From Phaeosaccion multiseriatum (Eukaryota > Protista > Ochrophyta, other classes): DNA of 64,000 nt. Position numbers and translations under genes: made by a program. Each line of letters begins with the position of its first letter. Position 1 is the stretch's first letter. The stretch is from contig OZ218956.1 of NCBI GenBank assembly GCA_965112735.1, forward strand, positions 1,860,001-1,924,000. The letters are read 5' to 3'. The notes beneath the pieces were generated by a model. The model searched no databases. It was not told where the DNA came from and saw only the letters and a program-made list of their open reading frames with translations. This document shows positions 12,338 to 24,645 of this stretch, in pieces.

Positions 12338-13132
12338 TCTTCTTCTTCTTCTTCTTCTTCTTCTCTGCTTCTCTTCTTCTCAAAAGGCAATTGCTAGTAC
12401 TAAGTACAGGAGGGTGAAGTAGAGCAGACAAAGTTACACTAACCTGAGTGCTTGCAGAACGACGAGCCGCCCACAGCCCGACCCCACATCCAGGAAGGTC
12501 AGCCCTCGGGCCGTCTCTTGCAGCTGCTCCGTCGACAGCTCCTCGTCCGCGTCATGGGGAGCAAGAGCGCGACGGCGCTCTGCCCACACTTGCAGACAGA
12601 AGTCCACCAGGTCGGTGTGAAAGGGAAAGGAGAACTCCCCGTAGGTCAAGTGGCCTGCAATGGGGAGGGGGTGGGGGTGGGGGTTCGGTGTTCAAGGGAC
12701 GACGGTGGCGCAGAGGGGGGTGGCAATGGAAGGGGAGAGAAAGGATGAGGGGGAGGAAAGCCACGGAGAGAAGTGTGGGTAGCTCTCACCATTGAGGTTT
12801 CCCACTGAGGATTTCCCTGCCCGCAGGCCCTGAGCCTCTCTGCCGGCATCGTATCTCGAGGAAGACGCAGGGAGCTGCAGCTTCAGACGCCCAGCTGCTG
12901 CTGCTGCTGCTTCCGGTGGTGTATCAGAAAATCTTTCGTTGTCATGTGTTGGGAATAAGGCCGTGAGAATCTCCAGGCCTTGTGTCTCCCCTTCGACACC
13001 TCGCTCGCTACTCCAATTGCGGCTACTGCTCCTGCTCCTGCGCACGTAAAGTGCTGGCTTTACCGTCCACCCTCCTGAAGGCTCAATCCAGGTCTCCACG
13101 AGCAAGAAGAGCAGAAGCAGGGTCGACACCAT
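11231..13132 (-). CDS. DOT1-like SAM-dependent methyltransferase with N-terminal signal peptide (5 exons)
   Basis: Spliced motifs HLTYGEF, FLDVGSGCGRLV, CVGVEIVPSL, ADVIFCYSTAW and GTLVVTTDKRL. N-terminus MVSTLLLLFLLVETWIEPSGG-W. Confidence 0.8.
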
Positions 13133-13530
13133 GGTTCTTTCGCTCGTTTCCCCCCCCCCCCCCCCCACCCCTTTTCCTCGCGCCACATTTTCATTACTTT
13201 TACCCCCCTTCTTCTCCTCTTACTTTTCTTTCCCTCCATCCCCTCGCTCGTCCCTTCTCCGCAAGCCCCGACAAGAGCGACAGATATTCGAGGGGCTGTG
13301 CGCTGTGCAGGGAGGAGATTTCGAAGCTGAATAGCCAGGAGCAATTCAGGTCCTTTTAAACTTGTGCGCTGCCGTGAACGCGAGCAAGCAGCCACAGCCG
13401 GAGGAGCAGCAGCAGCGGAGGGCGCAGCGGTGGTCGCAGCTTTTGCGCGGGGCACCTACCCTTCGGCAGGGCGGTTTGGAGGGGGGAAACACTGCAGAGA
13501 GAGAGGGAGGGAGAAGTCAAGGCAAGGTAA

Positions 13531-14473
13531 ATGTCCTCAGGGCCCAAGACCTGGGGTCTTCAGAAGGCCATCCACACCTCTCTCCCTCGACAGCAAGCGG
13601 CTGACGAGGACGAGGAGTCGTACGTACAGTACGAATACGTTCTGGCCACGGACGGGAATGCAGACCACACCTGCATAGCCGCTGCTCTGAGCAACAACAA
13701 TATCAAGCTCCTGAGCTGCGGTGGGGAGAGTGCGCCGCTGACCTTCAAGGGCAATTTGGTTGGGCACAGAGGGCCCATTGTGGACCTATGCTTCTCCTCC
13801 TCCAACCCGGCCCTGCTCTTCTCCTGCAGCCAGGGTGGGCAAGCGTCGCCGGGCGGAGGCGGTGGGAGCGTGAGATGCTGGGACATCCGCACTGCAGGAG
13901 GAGCAGGAGCAGGAGGAGGAGGGGTTGGAAGCAAGGCTACAGAAGTACGAGGGGGGTCAACAGAGGCGAGTGCGTTGGCCTTTGCGGTGCCTGGAGATGC
14001 AGAGGTTGAAAGTTTGGCGGTGGGCCTGGACGATACCCTTTGCGTCACGGGTGCAGAGGACGGTGGCATCACCTTTTGGGACCTGCGCCGCCCTGGTGTA
14101 CAGGTTGGTGGATACACGGACGTGCATACGGATTCAGTGACACAGTTGCGGTTTCATCCGACTGACAGGACCTTCCTGGCCAGTGCGAGCGAAGATGGGC
14201 TGATGTGTGTCTTCAACACCGGCGTTAGCAGTGAGGAGGTGAGAGGGGGAGAGAGAGAGAGTAGGGAGGGGAAAGAAGACATTTTCTTGTTTCTATGTTC
14301 ACGAGCCGCATCCATCCCTGCTGCCAACTACCACCGGTATCACAGTGTCACCTTCTCTGCCCTATGCACGCATGCGAAGTGCGTACGCTCACTCACTCAC
14401 TCACGCTGCTTGCTGCTGCTGCTGCTGGGGGATTCATGACCATGATGCCGATGATCCCTTCTCAAATGTTTAT

Positions 14474-14527
<54 letters not shown>

Positions 14528-15195
14528 TGCACGTGCTCACGCACACTTGCCTGTCTCCCATCGCCTGCCATCCATGTGCCCACCAGGAGGCCGTGGTGAG
14601 CATCATGAACGCGGAGTGTCCCGTGCGGAAGATGGGCTTCTTCGGGCAGGGCCATCAGGGTGTGTTCTGCCTCACGGGCTCAGAGGGTCTGTCCATCTGG
14701 CACGCCGCCAGCGCGCAGCGGATACGCGACTTTGGCTGTCTCGTGGGCGAGGCGCCGCAGGGGGCAGGGGGAGGAGGAGGAGGAGGAGGAGGAGGAGGAG
14801 GAGGAGGAGGAGGAGGAGGAGGAGGAGGAGGAGGAGGGGGTGCGAAGATCGACTATTTGGTGGACTGCTTCTACTCCGCGGCGACTGACGAGCTGAGGCT
14901 GCTGGCTGGGGACCATGCGGGCCGGGGCGTAGTGTTTGGTGTGACGCCCGACCAACTCAGCCCCCTGGCTATGCTTGACGGAGGGCACACGGAGCAGGTA
15001 CGGAGTCTGCACTGGTTGCCGGCGCCTTCTTCTGCTGCGGCTGCCGCTGCTCCGACGCTCATCACGGGGGGAGAGGACGGCCGAATGTGCCTGTGGTCCC
15101 CGTCAGGAGGGCTCGCATCTTCCTTTGCACCGGTGCAGAGACGACCGCACCAGCAGAAGGGGCACAAGAAGAGCAAAACGCCTTACGCCCGATGA
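13531..15195 (+). CDS. WDR89: WD40-repeat protein, WDR89-like (2 exons)
   Basis: GHRGPIVDLCF, VRCWDIR, ITFWDLR, YTDVHTDSVTQLRFHP..LASASEDGL, IDYLVDC and GGHTEQVRSLHW...LITGGEDGRMCLW. Intron ~14239-14586. Confidence 0.85.
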
Positions 15196-16121
15196 GATGT
15201 GAAGCTCGAGAGAAGAGGGTCCTCATGCTATTTGGGGGCGGTGCTCAGTGTTCCTTTCATTCTGAACGGCATGCCACTCGTGCGCTCCCTGAGCATGGGG
15301 AGGCCCACAGCCCACCTGCTTCTCTTTTCCGCCCCCGCCCCAGCACAAGATTTCCGGGCAGGCCTGCGGCTGCAGGTGCTGCTTCTTTTGGAGTCAGCGG
15401 CGCGGCGCGATGCGAGCAGCAGCGGCAACAAGAGCAGGGGGGGGCTTGCTCCTTCACCACTGGCGGAGGAGCGACTTGGCCGGCGCAGATGCGATGGAAG
15501 GGAGGGAGGAGAGCTCGCTTGTTGCAGGGGCGAGCGTGCGTGCTACTCTGCCCATATTGTCGCACCTGGCCAGCAGCAGAGCAGCAGCAGAGCAGGGCTT
15601 CGCTCTCATGTCAGTGGGGTCAGCACCACGAAGAGACATGCGTACGGCTCCACACCAGGCCGTCCGCGAGAGCTGTAGAGCTCTGCTGCAGTAAGAGCTT
15701 TCTTCGTGTCCCAACGGAGCGGATTAAGTGCTCGTGCTTACTTTTTAGGAGTCCTTGCTTAAAGGAGTGAAGCTCAGACCATGAGGAGCTGGTCATGGCG
15801 TTACGGAGTATCGCCTGGAGGTTTGAGCTGCTGATCAACCCCCAATTGATGTGGGGGCGGTATTTTTGTTACCTACTCTCCGCTTGGCTTGGCCTGGAGG
15901 CTCTGGAGACCGCCGAGGGTGCTCCTGTCGAACCTGAACGTGTCGAAGACTCGATGGCACTAAATGGCCTGTACATCGGACTTGGTCTGTTTCAGACTCA
16001 TCTCCTACTCTACTCCGCCACACATGATCCACACGTCGCGGCAGAACGAAAGGAAAGAGGGAGGGAAAGAATGATTTACGTAGGATTAAAAGAGGAGAAA
16101 GGAAAGAGGAAAGGAGGGAAA

Positions 16122-16220
16122 ACATATATTGACTTAAGAGGAATCACCTGAGAAACTGAAACTGAAAGTGTGTGTGTGGGTGTGTGTGTGAGACGAGAGT
16201 GTCAAGGTGGGGAGGAGGGA
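16122..16220 (+). repeat. Dispersed ~100 bp repeat, copy 2
   Basis: Near-identical to 4132-4252 except for the length of the GT tract. Confidence 0.85.
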
Positions 16221-16338
16221 GAAATTTTAAGCCATCTGTGAAAAGCTTCTGTACCACCAACTTTCCTAGTTCCCCTGCTCCTTTCTCCTTTCTTCCTTGC
16301 TGCCTCGCTGCCGTCTATCTTAAAATGAGTGGGCCGTA

Positions 16339-17983
16339 ATGCGAATTCCCCACTCATTCGGACTACGCATTTGGAATGCTAGCGGCTTTTGTGCACGTAA
16401 GCCTACGTGTGTGCGTTCGCTTTCAACTCGCATCCAGCCGTGGAGTGATCGGGTCAGCGTCAAGGCCTTTTACGTATCTCACGACATTAATTTGAAGACT
16501 GCCGCGCAGGAAGTGTATGGCAAATGCCAGCCAAACTTTCAGCGAGACTGCGTTATCATACGCAACCCCCTGAATGAGACAGTCTCGGCAGCGGATACGG
16601 GAGGCCTTACTGCGGTCCCGGCCTCGGTCCTCAAGCACAATCACGTGGTTCTGTTCAACTACGGGAGCGTGGTTTTCTTTAACTTCTCTGAGAGTGAGCA
16701 GAAGGTTCGTAGCACATGCATGTGCAAATACATAGCCTCGGACAGCTCACGCAACTCCGCCCGCGGACCACGTGTCTTAACTCAACACCACCGCGCCATC
16801 GCAGGACCATTTGAGGCAGCTTCGCAAGCACTTCATCAATGGGGTGTCAGATGACGAGCAGCACTCAGAAGACCACACCCTTGCGATATGCCCGTCTTTA
16901 CCGACGGCGTCCAAGCAGGAGACGTCCGGCATCACGGTGATCCGGGCACTCAACCTCAATGAGCTCATCGTGATTAGCGCGGTCATGGGCCAAACAGTAA
17001 GTAGTAAGAACTCATTACGCGCGGCAACAGCAGCAAGAGCAAGAGCAGGAGCAGTAGCAGTAGCAGTGGCAGTAGCAGTAGCAGCGCTATCCGTGACTTT
17101 CTTAATCACCTCTACCTCTCAATTGACCCTTCCAATGGATGGGTTATGTGTACGTGTGTGCAAGGTCGTATTGGATCACCACGCCGCCGTGGTGGAGGAC
17201 CTCATGGCAAAGTTCACTGAGTTGAACACCTCCGTGGAGAAGACGGGTATGTTCACGATGAACAAGAAGAAGCTCTTTCGCCTCGTGGCCAAGAACAGCT
17301 CTGTCTTTTCCGGCATCATCGTGCGGCTCCGCTTCTTGGACCGCTCGGACACGGTAAGAAGAGGAGGACCAACCTCTTTCATTCCTCCTGGACTGGACGC
17401 CCCTCTTTCCATTGAACTTTTGAACATTCCCTCAAAAATGCTGCCCGCGCCTCCATCTCCTCCTCCTCCTCCTCCTGCTGCTGCTGCTGCTGCTCCCTCC
17501 TCTTCAGGCATGGAAAGACAGCGACTCGTCCATGGTCTGGGACGAGCTCCGAGAAGAGTTTGAGTTGGAGAGCCGCTTCAAGAACCTCGAGTTCAAAGTA
17601 GACTTCATCCAACGGGGGTGCAAGTTTTTCTTGGAAGTCATTCACAACCAGAAAAGGTTCGTGAGGTTTGGAAGTGGCCTCTCCACTTTGCTTCATCCCC
17701 ACCCCCACCCCCACCCCCACCCCCGCACTTCCACCACTCACTCGTCACACCCTTTCCAAATTATCTCCAGACTCAGCGAACCGTCCCTCGAAATGCGCGC
17801 ACCAAAGCTCACACCCCACCCGCCCAACGCCCCTCTCGTCCTCTCCCCTACAGTCACTTGCTGGAACTCACCATCATCGTCCTCATCAGCGCAGAGATTG
17901 TCGTGGGGCTCTGCGATCTGTTTGACTACAAGCCCTTTGCACAAGCAGCAGCCGTAGCCGAGCAGCTGACCAAGGGAGATTGA
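16339..17983 (+). CDS. RMND1/Sif2/DUF155-family protein, probably mitochondrial (5 exons)
   Basis: VVLFNYGSVVFFN, ISAVMGQT/VVLDH, LDRSDT/AW, LREEFELESRFKNLEFKVDFIQ and a C-terminal TM SHLLELTIIVLISAEI; presequence-like N-terminus. Confidence 0.88.
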
Positions 17984-19100
17984 TTGATTGATGGATGGAT
18001 GGTGGTGAAGAAAAGTGCTTGCCTCCCGGCTTGCTCTGCTTTCTGCTTTCTGCTTACATATACTTACATAACTCATTTGACTTTCAAGGATATCCCCCGA
18101 CGAGTCTTAACCCCCCCCCCCTCATCCCCTTCTTCCCCTCCGATGGTGCATGGGTTAGTGGCGCTGCTGCGATAAAGCGACAGAAGGGGAGGGAGAGGCG
18201 GGCCTCTGGGCGAGTCTCTTGGAGGAAGGCACAGAGGGAGGGAAAGGGGGGCTGTGAGGGTACCCCTCACACGCACAGACACTTCAAATTCAAAAGCGCT
18301 TCCTTCAGCTCCATGCATATGCAGGTCGCTGCTCCGCTCCATGCTCCACTGTCCCCGCTACACTACGGTGGTGGGAATAATAAAGGCATCCTTCCGCTCG
18401 TGGCGTGTGTGATGACTGGCGAGTTGCGGTGCTGGGCGGCGGACAAAACTTCTCTCTCTCTGCCAAGCTCACTCCCCTTCAACCTCTCTCTCTTTGTCTC
18501 TCTCTTCATTGGGTCCGTGACCCCCAATAACTCCCAAAGGATGGCCCACACCAAGAAACCAAGGCTATGTCCTCCTCCATGTCCTCCAAGCCGGCGTCCT
18601 CTTTCACTGCTTGACTGACCACCGACTCTTCCGTAACGTCTTCTCTAATCCCCGTCCCGTCTCCCCCAGCTCCTCACCCTCTCGTCCTCACACGCCACGC
18701 CTCGCATGCTCGGTGGCTGCCATCGATCGCTCGCCCTCTCGCCCGCGCTCCCCGTTCTGTGGGGAGATACCGAGGAGCGGATCCACTAAGATTCTTTTGG
18801 GAGGTCGTGGACTGTGCCGTTGATGACAGACACATGTTCTTCAAAGACGTGCGTGTCCACACGGGTTGTCCCACCCACCCACACCTCGCTCAACGCTCTC
18901 GGCAAATCAACTTTGGTTGGCCTGTTGTACTCGTTCAGGAGGATGGATGCCCCCTCCCTCTTCCAAAGGCACATGCCACCCGTAGATACGCAATTCCGCA
19001 CTCCCTCGCACGCCAGCAAGCATCCACTCTTGGGTCTCTCTCTCTCTCTCTCTCTGTTTGCTGTGCTTCACTCTGTGCTTTGCAGTGTGCAATTTGCCCT

Positions 19101-21473
19101 TCATTTGAGGGCAGCAGCAGCAGCAGTGGTGCCCATTCTCCGAGCCGCCGCCCCAGCAGCAGCAAAGCGCAGAGAGTGCGATGCCCAAACCGTCGTGCCC
19201 AGCAGGGCCAAGGCGCCGGCTTGGTGGGCAGCAGCCAGGGGGATGGGTACGTGCATGAGGAGGGTGGAGATACCCAGGCCTACTTGGGCGGTGCTGATAC
19301 CCAACGTGAATCCCAGGGCCCGGCGGCTTGCCAAGGGGAGGGCCGCCCACAGATGCCCCCCTGGTGAGTGTGCGTTATCGCCATCATCGTCATCATCAGC
19401 ATCACCATCATCATCACCACCAGCCGCCAGTTGTGAGTCAGAGGAAGGCAAGGAAAGGAAAAGAATAAGAAGAGCAAACGTTGACAGGAGGGGCAGTGAA
19501 GAGAAGGGGACGGTGGGGTATGGCATGAAAAACCCACGGAGGCATGTGTGTGCTTGGTCCTCCAAGGGTAAGGCCGAGGGCGTGGGCGGCAGTACAGGGA
19601 GCGAAACGGCGGAGGGAGTCGAGTCGGGTCGACGGTTTCATATCTTCTCGTTTGCCGCAACAGCATATGGGCGTTGCTACGAACCTGCGGACTTCGTGGC
19701 GAAGGCGAAGAGAGATAAGATGGAGGCGTAGGTGGAGAGGGCGAGCACTCGATGATCTGCCTGCACCGTGGCGGTGTTCTCGAAGAAGTTACGCCACATG
19801 GGCTGTTGTGCGGTGCATCAGAAGGAGGAGGAAGAGGAGGAGGAGGAGGAGGGGATGAGGGAAGAAAGGGGTAGGTGCGAGGTGGATGAAGCACCTGAGA
19901 GAAGGCCCAAGCCCACGCCCCCCCCTCTCTCCCTTGCTCCTCACCTTCATTTCCAAAATCTCCTCCGGCAGCCAGCGGTCCTCCATCATCTTGGGAAACA
20001 CATTGTATGCACGCCCTGCGTCGTTCCCGGCCACAAACGCACCCGACAGCGCAGTCACAAAGGCCAGCCCAGCCACACCCACCGCCAGAGAGCGGGTCTG
20101 AGTGGCTCTACGCAATAGCAGCTCGGGGTTAATGCTTGCGCTGCTTAGGTCAGGGGGGGGGAGCTTCCCCTTGAGGGCCTCAAGGCCGGTGTGCACGAGG
20201 AGAGAGAAGGTGGTAAAGGCCATACCCAGGTGCGTGGCGAGGCGATAGGGGCTCACGCGGATCTCCTTACGCTGCTCCGGGTCCATCTCCAACCCACTCT
20301 TGACCATCCACCAGCCTTTCGTTTCGTTTGTTGGTTCGTTGGTTTGTTTGTTTGTTTGTTTTTGGGGTTATTATGGGAGGGCGGGGGAGGGGGCGGGGGT
20401 GGGGTGGGGGGGGGAGTGGTGCATATGAGGCAAGGGGCCATAGCAGGAGGAGGAAGGTGCCACGCGAATCAAAATACATGACGGATGGTAACAGTGCCTC
20501 GCAGAAAAACAAAAAAAAGGACTGCGCATCCTCGCTACGCTGCACTACACTACACTACATCACACTACCCCCGCCTCTCTCACCTATCAGCCCTTGTGTG
20601 CCGCCAAGGCCGAGGAGGAGCCACACCTTGCCCTTTATGTGGCTCGGAATCATGCCCCTTAGGGCAAAGTAGGCCAGTGGCAAGCCGTACACGAGGCCCA
20701 AGCCTCGGCCCAGCATGCGGTGGCCATACTCCCACCAGTAGATGGATTGGAACTCTTCCAACGTCATGCTCCTCCGCTGATTCCACTCAGGAAACTGCTT
20801 GTACCGCTCAAACTCGGCCTATAGAAAGACAAGAACAAACAAGAAGTACGCTTGTAAGAACGATTGATTGTAGAAAAGGGGTGGTGGGACGAGGACAGAG
20901 TGCCGAGGGGCCTGTCTGTCCCTCCCTGCCTCCCTCACACCTCCTCCCACTACTCCCCGATGCCTCTAACGTTGGTCCCGACCCTGCAAAACCTTTGCGG
21001 AGCCTCACCTCCCACTCCTCTCGTGTTGTAGGCGGCAACGACCCTTGCAGTTTCCAGTCCGTCATGGCCAAGCCTGACTTGGTCAGCCTCGTCACCCCTC
21101 CCACCGTCACCATCACCCCCACTGCAGCCGCCGTGCCGAACAGCCACGTCGCGACCGGCCGTGAGCCGCCTGAAAAGGGCGCACTGGCGGCGACTGAGTC
21201 AGTCCCCTTCACGCCGCCTGGTGAGCGAGAAAGCCCAGACCGTGCCCCAGATGCCCCAGCCCCCCCCCCAACCTCAGACGCGAAGGGCCTCTGCTGCCTG
21301 CGACTAAGCGCAGTGGACGGTGGCGACACCCGGTAGGCTCGCGAGGTGGTGAGGCGTCGCTTGGCATTTGCTCCTCCTCCTCCTCGAACTGCTGGTGCTT
21401 GTGCAACTCCCGACCATCGATGCCGTAATTGGGCGCAACGCTTGCACTGCTGTGAAAGGACGGACTTTAGCAT
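19101..21473 (-). CDS. COX15: Heme A synthase / cytochrome c oxidase assembly protein COX15 (5 exons)
   Basis: VGGVTRLTKSGLAMTDW, YWWEYGHRMLGR, QGLIGWWMVKSGL, VSPYRLATHL, SGAFVAGNDAG, RNFFEN..TVQADHR and QVGLGISTLL..VP..LAAAHQAGA. Confidence 0.96.
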
Positions 21474-21651
21474 TTTTTTTTTCCCCCCCGGTTCTCCTAT
21501 CTGTGTTTTTTGTTTTTTGGCGCTTCGGAGCCCACGCCTCAGGATTCGCTGACATAACTCTCTCCCTTGGAACGTAAGCAGACCAACCTCTTTCCACCTC
21601 CTCATTATCAGCTCCAGCAGGTTTTGAGCAGGGGGGAGAGAGGCACCACTC

Positions 21652-23526
21652 ATGCGCCTCCTCCTCCTCGTCCTCCTCCTCTTCTGCTTGTGCTTGGTCA
21701 GGACACAATGCCACTCCTCACTCGGGCTATGCATTGACCCTCTTCCTGCATATGGAGGCTCGGCTGCTTTTGCAAGCTGGGAAGATGGACGCTCTGGTCT
21801 TTCGTGGTCATCAGGGGGGGAGACCGAAGAGGGAGACCGCTGTGATGGAGTAAGTAGAGACCGTGAGGATGTGCAGAACAGGGAGGAGGCTGCACTCGGA
21901 CCAAAGGCGGCAAAGATATGTCGGCTTGTCCGAGGGGGGTGCGCGAGAGCGAACGATAGATCAGACGCCCGGGGCGACGGTTCCGATTCTGTGGATGTGG
22001 ACGGGTTTCTTGACCCCGTCATTCATGTAGCAAGGGGGGGCGGGGAAGTGGTGTACCACGAGCAGCCGAGAGGCTGGCCCTGGCGACGGCGGCAACGTGG
22101 GCCTCGGCAGTACCTCCAGGAAAAGAGACAGGAGCAGCTCGAGTGGGAGAAGGAGCACAGTCCCGAGCAGCACCAGGATTATCAGCAGCAGCCGCGGCAG
22201 CATGAGCCGCAGCACAAGTCGCAGCACGCACAGCAGCGGCAACAACAGCAGCACCAGTTGATGGTACAACAGCAGCAGCACCAGCAGGAGGTGGTGGTAG
22301 AGCAGCAGCACGAGCTCCCTGGTAGGTTAGAGAAGTCCACTCGAAGCCTCGGCCTGCTGAGGGCCATCAGGGACATCATCGACTGGCTAACCCATCTGCT
22401 CACACTCGGCAGTGTGCGGCGTGCCCGAGGCCGCAGCGGCACTGGCACCACCAAAGCCAAAAAGAAGAAGGCCGCATCGGAGGTGGAGTCTCAACGCACC
22501 GTGTCCAAGGCGGTACCGTCAAAGTACATGCCCCTCCTCGCGGAACTTCGCCGTCAAGTCGAACCCTTGGAGACTCGAGCAGCGCTGGTGAAGCACGCCC
22601 TCACAGACGTTACACTGGGCCGGTATCTAGAGAATGCGTATTGGGACCCCGCGCCCAAGGGCAAGAAGACTGTGTTAGAGACGATTGAGTACACCATCCG
22701 CTGGAGGGAGACCTTCCGTCCACAGGACTTGACGGCAGCGTACATTAAGCAAATGCCCGACGCTCAGGCCGGAGCGCTCTACGTACATGGCCATGACCTT
22801 TGTCTCCGGCCGGTCGTCTACTTTAGCCCTGGTTTGATCAAGGATTTCGACAGACGCAAGGGGGCGGAGCTGCTCACATACACGCTGGAGAGAGCAACGG
22901 CGAATATGCCGAGTGACTGCGAGGAATATACATTCGTCATCGACTGCCAGGGCTGGGGGCTGCACCACTTCCCTCCCGTCGGTTACATTAGGCACATCTT
23001 CTCCCTCCTCATGGCACACTACCCCATGCGACTCGGTCACGTGGTGCTCATCAATTTTGGTACGACAATGAGTCTTGTGTGGCGCATCGTCAGTCCTCTT
23101 GTAACGGACAGGACCAAAAGGAAGATGAAGTTTGTACCGGTGGGCAGCGAGAAGACTCGGCTTCTTGATTTTATCGCCTCAGAGATGCTGCCGAGGAAGT
23201 TCAGGCGAGAAGAGGACTGCACGGCAGAAAAGGAGGACAGCAGCAGGGGTGGAGCAGCTACTGCAGAGGCGGAAGAGAAGGGCTGGAAGTGGAGAAGGAG
23301 AAAGCTGTCAGGGAAGGTGACGACTCTGGCGTCGTTGGCTGTGCATCGGAGGACCACCTCTGATGACGCCACGTCCTATTCGACAGCGGTGGACTTTGAC
23401 GCAGAGAGGTACTTTAGCGCGGATGTGCACCGCCATTATCATGAGGGGAGGTGGGCGAAGGAGGAGAAGGAGAGCAAGCTTAAGGGGTGGTTCCATCAGA
23501 AGAAGAAGAAGGAGAAAATAGAATGA
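21652..23526 (+). CDS. CRAL-TRIO (Sec14-like) lipid-binding protein with signal peptide, intronless 624 aa
   Basis: LTDVTLGRYL, TIRWRETFRP, LYVHGHDLCLRPVVY, YTLERA, FVIDCQGWG, LMAHYPMRLG, WRIVSPLVTDRTKRKMKF and MLPRKF; hydrophobic N-terminus. Confidence 0.88.
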   Translation: MRLLLLVLLLFCLCLVRTQCHSSLGLCIDPLPAYGGSAAFASWEDGRSGLSWSSGGETEEGDRCDGVSRDREDVQNREEAALGPKAAKICRLVRGGCARANDRSDARGDGSDSVDVDGFLDPVIHVARGGGEVVYHEQPRGWPWRRRQRGPRQYLQEKRQEQLEWEKEHSPEQHQDYQQQPRQHEPQHKSQHAQQRQQQQHQLMVQQQQHQQEVVVEQQHELPGRLEKSTRSLGLLRAIRDIIDWLTHLLTLGSVRRARGRSGTGTTKAKKKKAASEVESQRTVSKAVPSKYMPLLAELRRQVEPLETRAALVKHALTDVTLGRYLENAYWDPAPKGKKTVLETIEYTIRWRETFRPQDLTAAYIKQMPDAQAGALYVHGHDLCLRPVVYFSPGLIKDFDRRKGAELLTYTLERATANMPSDCEEYTFVIDCQGWGLHHFPPVGYIRHIFSLLMAHYPMRLGHVVLINFGTTMSLVWRIVSPLVTDRTKRKMKFVPVGSEKTRLLDFIASEMLPRKFRREEDCTAEKEDSSRGGAATAEAEEKGWKWRRRKLSGKVTTLASLAVHRRTTSDDATSYSTAVDFDAERYFSADVHRHYHEGRWAKEEKESKLKGWFHQKKKKEKIE

Positions 23527-23832
23527 TGGAGGAGGGGAGGAGAGGCGATTCCGCATGTGTGCGCTGGATTGGGTTTACAGCCGCGTTTGGGCGCGGTTGA
23601 TGGCAGAGGTAAACGTACTAGAGATGGATAAGAAGGGGAGCGAGAGAGCGCGGGTCAGAAGTTGAAGTATTTATTAGGAACAACGGGGAGTGGGGAGGAG
23701 GAAGGGAAAAAAAATAGAAAAAAACAGACTGCGTTGGGGTAAAGAAAATTTACAGCTGGCGACGATTGGATGTAGAATACGTGCGGATCTACAACTGTAG
23801 GGAAAGTAAAATGTGAAAGAAGATAGTTGGCG

Positions 23833-24645
23833 ATGTGCGCGGGTCCGAAGAAGAAGGTCGCCGCGCTTCGATTCGGCGTCCACGGCTGGTGCGGCGCTTC
23901 ATCCACGGCTCTGACGTGCGGCGCCCTTGTCGCGCGGCTGGTGGGAACAGAGCTCGCCGACTGGTGGTGGTGGTTATCTCTCTGGGCCGCGGCGACGGCG
24001 GCTCTCACGGCTTGGGCGGGGCTTCCTCTGGTCGGGCAGGCCCCTGTGTGCACCGTAATTGCAAGGAACGTGGTGCCACCTCACCGCGAGGCTTTCCGTC
24101 GGACCGGTGAATCCGTCTTCTACCTGAGCGGGAGGCTCGTTTGGCAACACCTTCGGCCATGGTACGTGCAGCACGCATACTATGCCACTGCTATGACAGA
24201 ATCGGTCATGGTATTCGATGGATGGGTAGATTGGGCGTGGGGCTTTGCGGCACTGCTATTCACAGCGTGGAAATTCATGCCCAGCCCTCAGGGGACGGAG
24301 TGGCGGAACGGCAACACCTACGTCTTCGTGCTACCCATGGCGGGAGGCCTCTTGGTGGACTCCGCCTTTCAGCTGCCCGCCCTCCGGTACTTGTTCCAGC
24401 CGCAGGGTACTTCAGCTCCAGGGGTGGATGGTCCGCTGGGCGATTGGAATGAGCAGGTCGTGGGGGTGACAGATCTGCTATTCGTGCTGCTTTCGGCGTT
24501 ACTGGTGGCATTTGCGTTCACGCTGGCGTTCCGGGGCGTCCTTGACATTCGGCGATGCTACTGGACATCGGCCGCTCTTGTGCACAGCATCTGCGTCCAC
24601 CTCACCTTTAGAGCAATCCGCTTCGTGGCGGCCCGCCTCACGTAG
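23833..24645 (+). CDS. Uncharacterised multi-pass membrane protein, intronless ~270 aa
   Basis: Repeat-free ORF with GC3-rich codons and ~6-7 hydrophobic segments; family not recognised. Confidence 0.7.
   Translation: MCAGPKKKVAALRFGVHGWCGASSTALTCGALVARLVGTELADWWWWLSLWAAATAALTAWAGLPLVGQAPVCTVIARNVVPPHREAFRRTGESVFYLSGRLVWQHLRPWYVQHAYYATAMTESVMVFDGWVDWAWGFAALLFTAWKFMPSPQGTEWRNGNTYVFVLPMAGGLLVDSAFQLPALRYLFQPQGTSAPGVDGPLGDWNEQVVGVTDLLFVLLSALLVAFAFTLAFRGVLDIRRCYWTSAALVHSICVHLTFRAIRFVAARLT

Noticed and set aside
15199-16151. Possible small gene between WDR89 and the RMND1-like gene
   Set aside because: Repeat-poor, with some splice-like signals on the minus strand, but no recognisable protein or convincing model. 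It needs RNA-seq.
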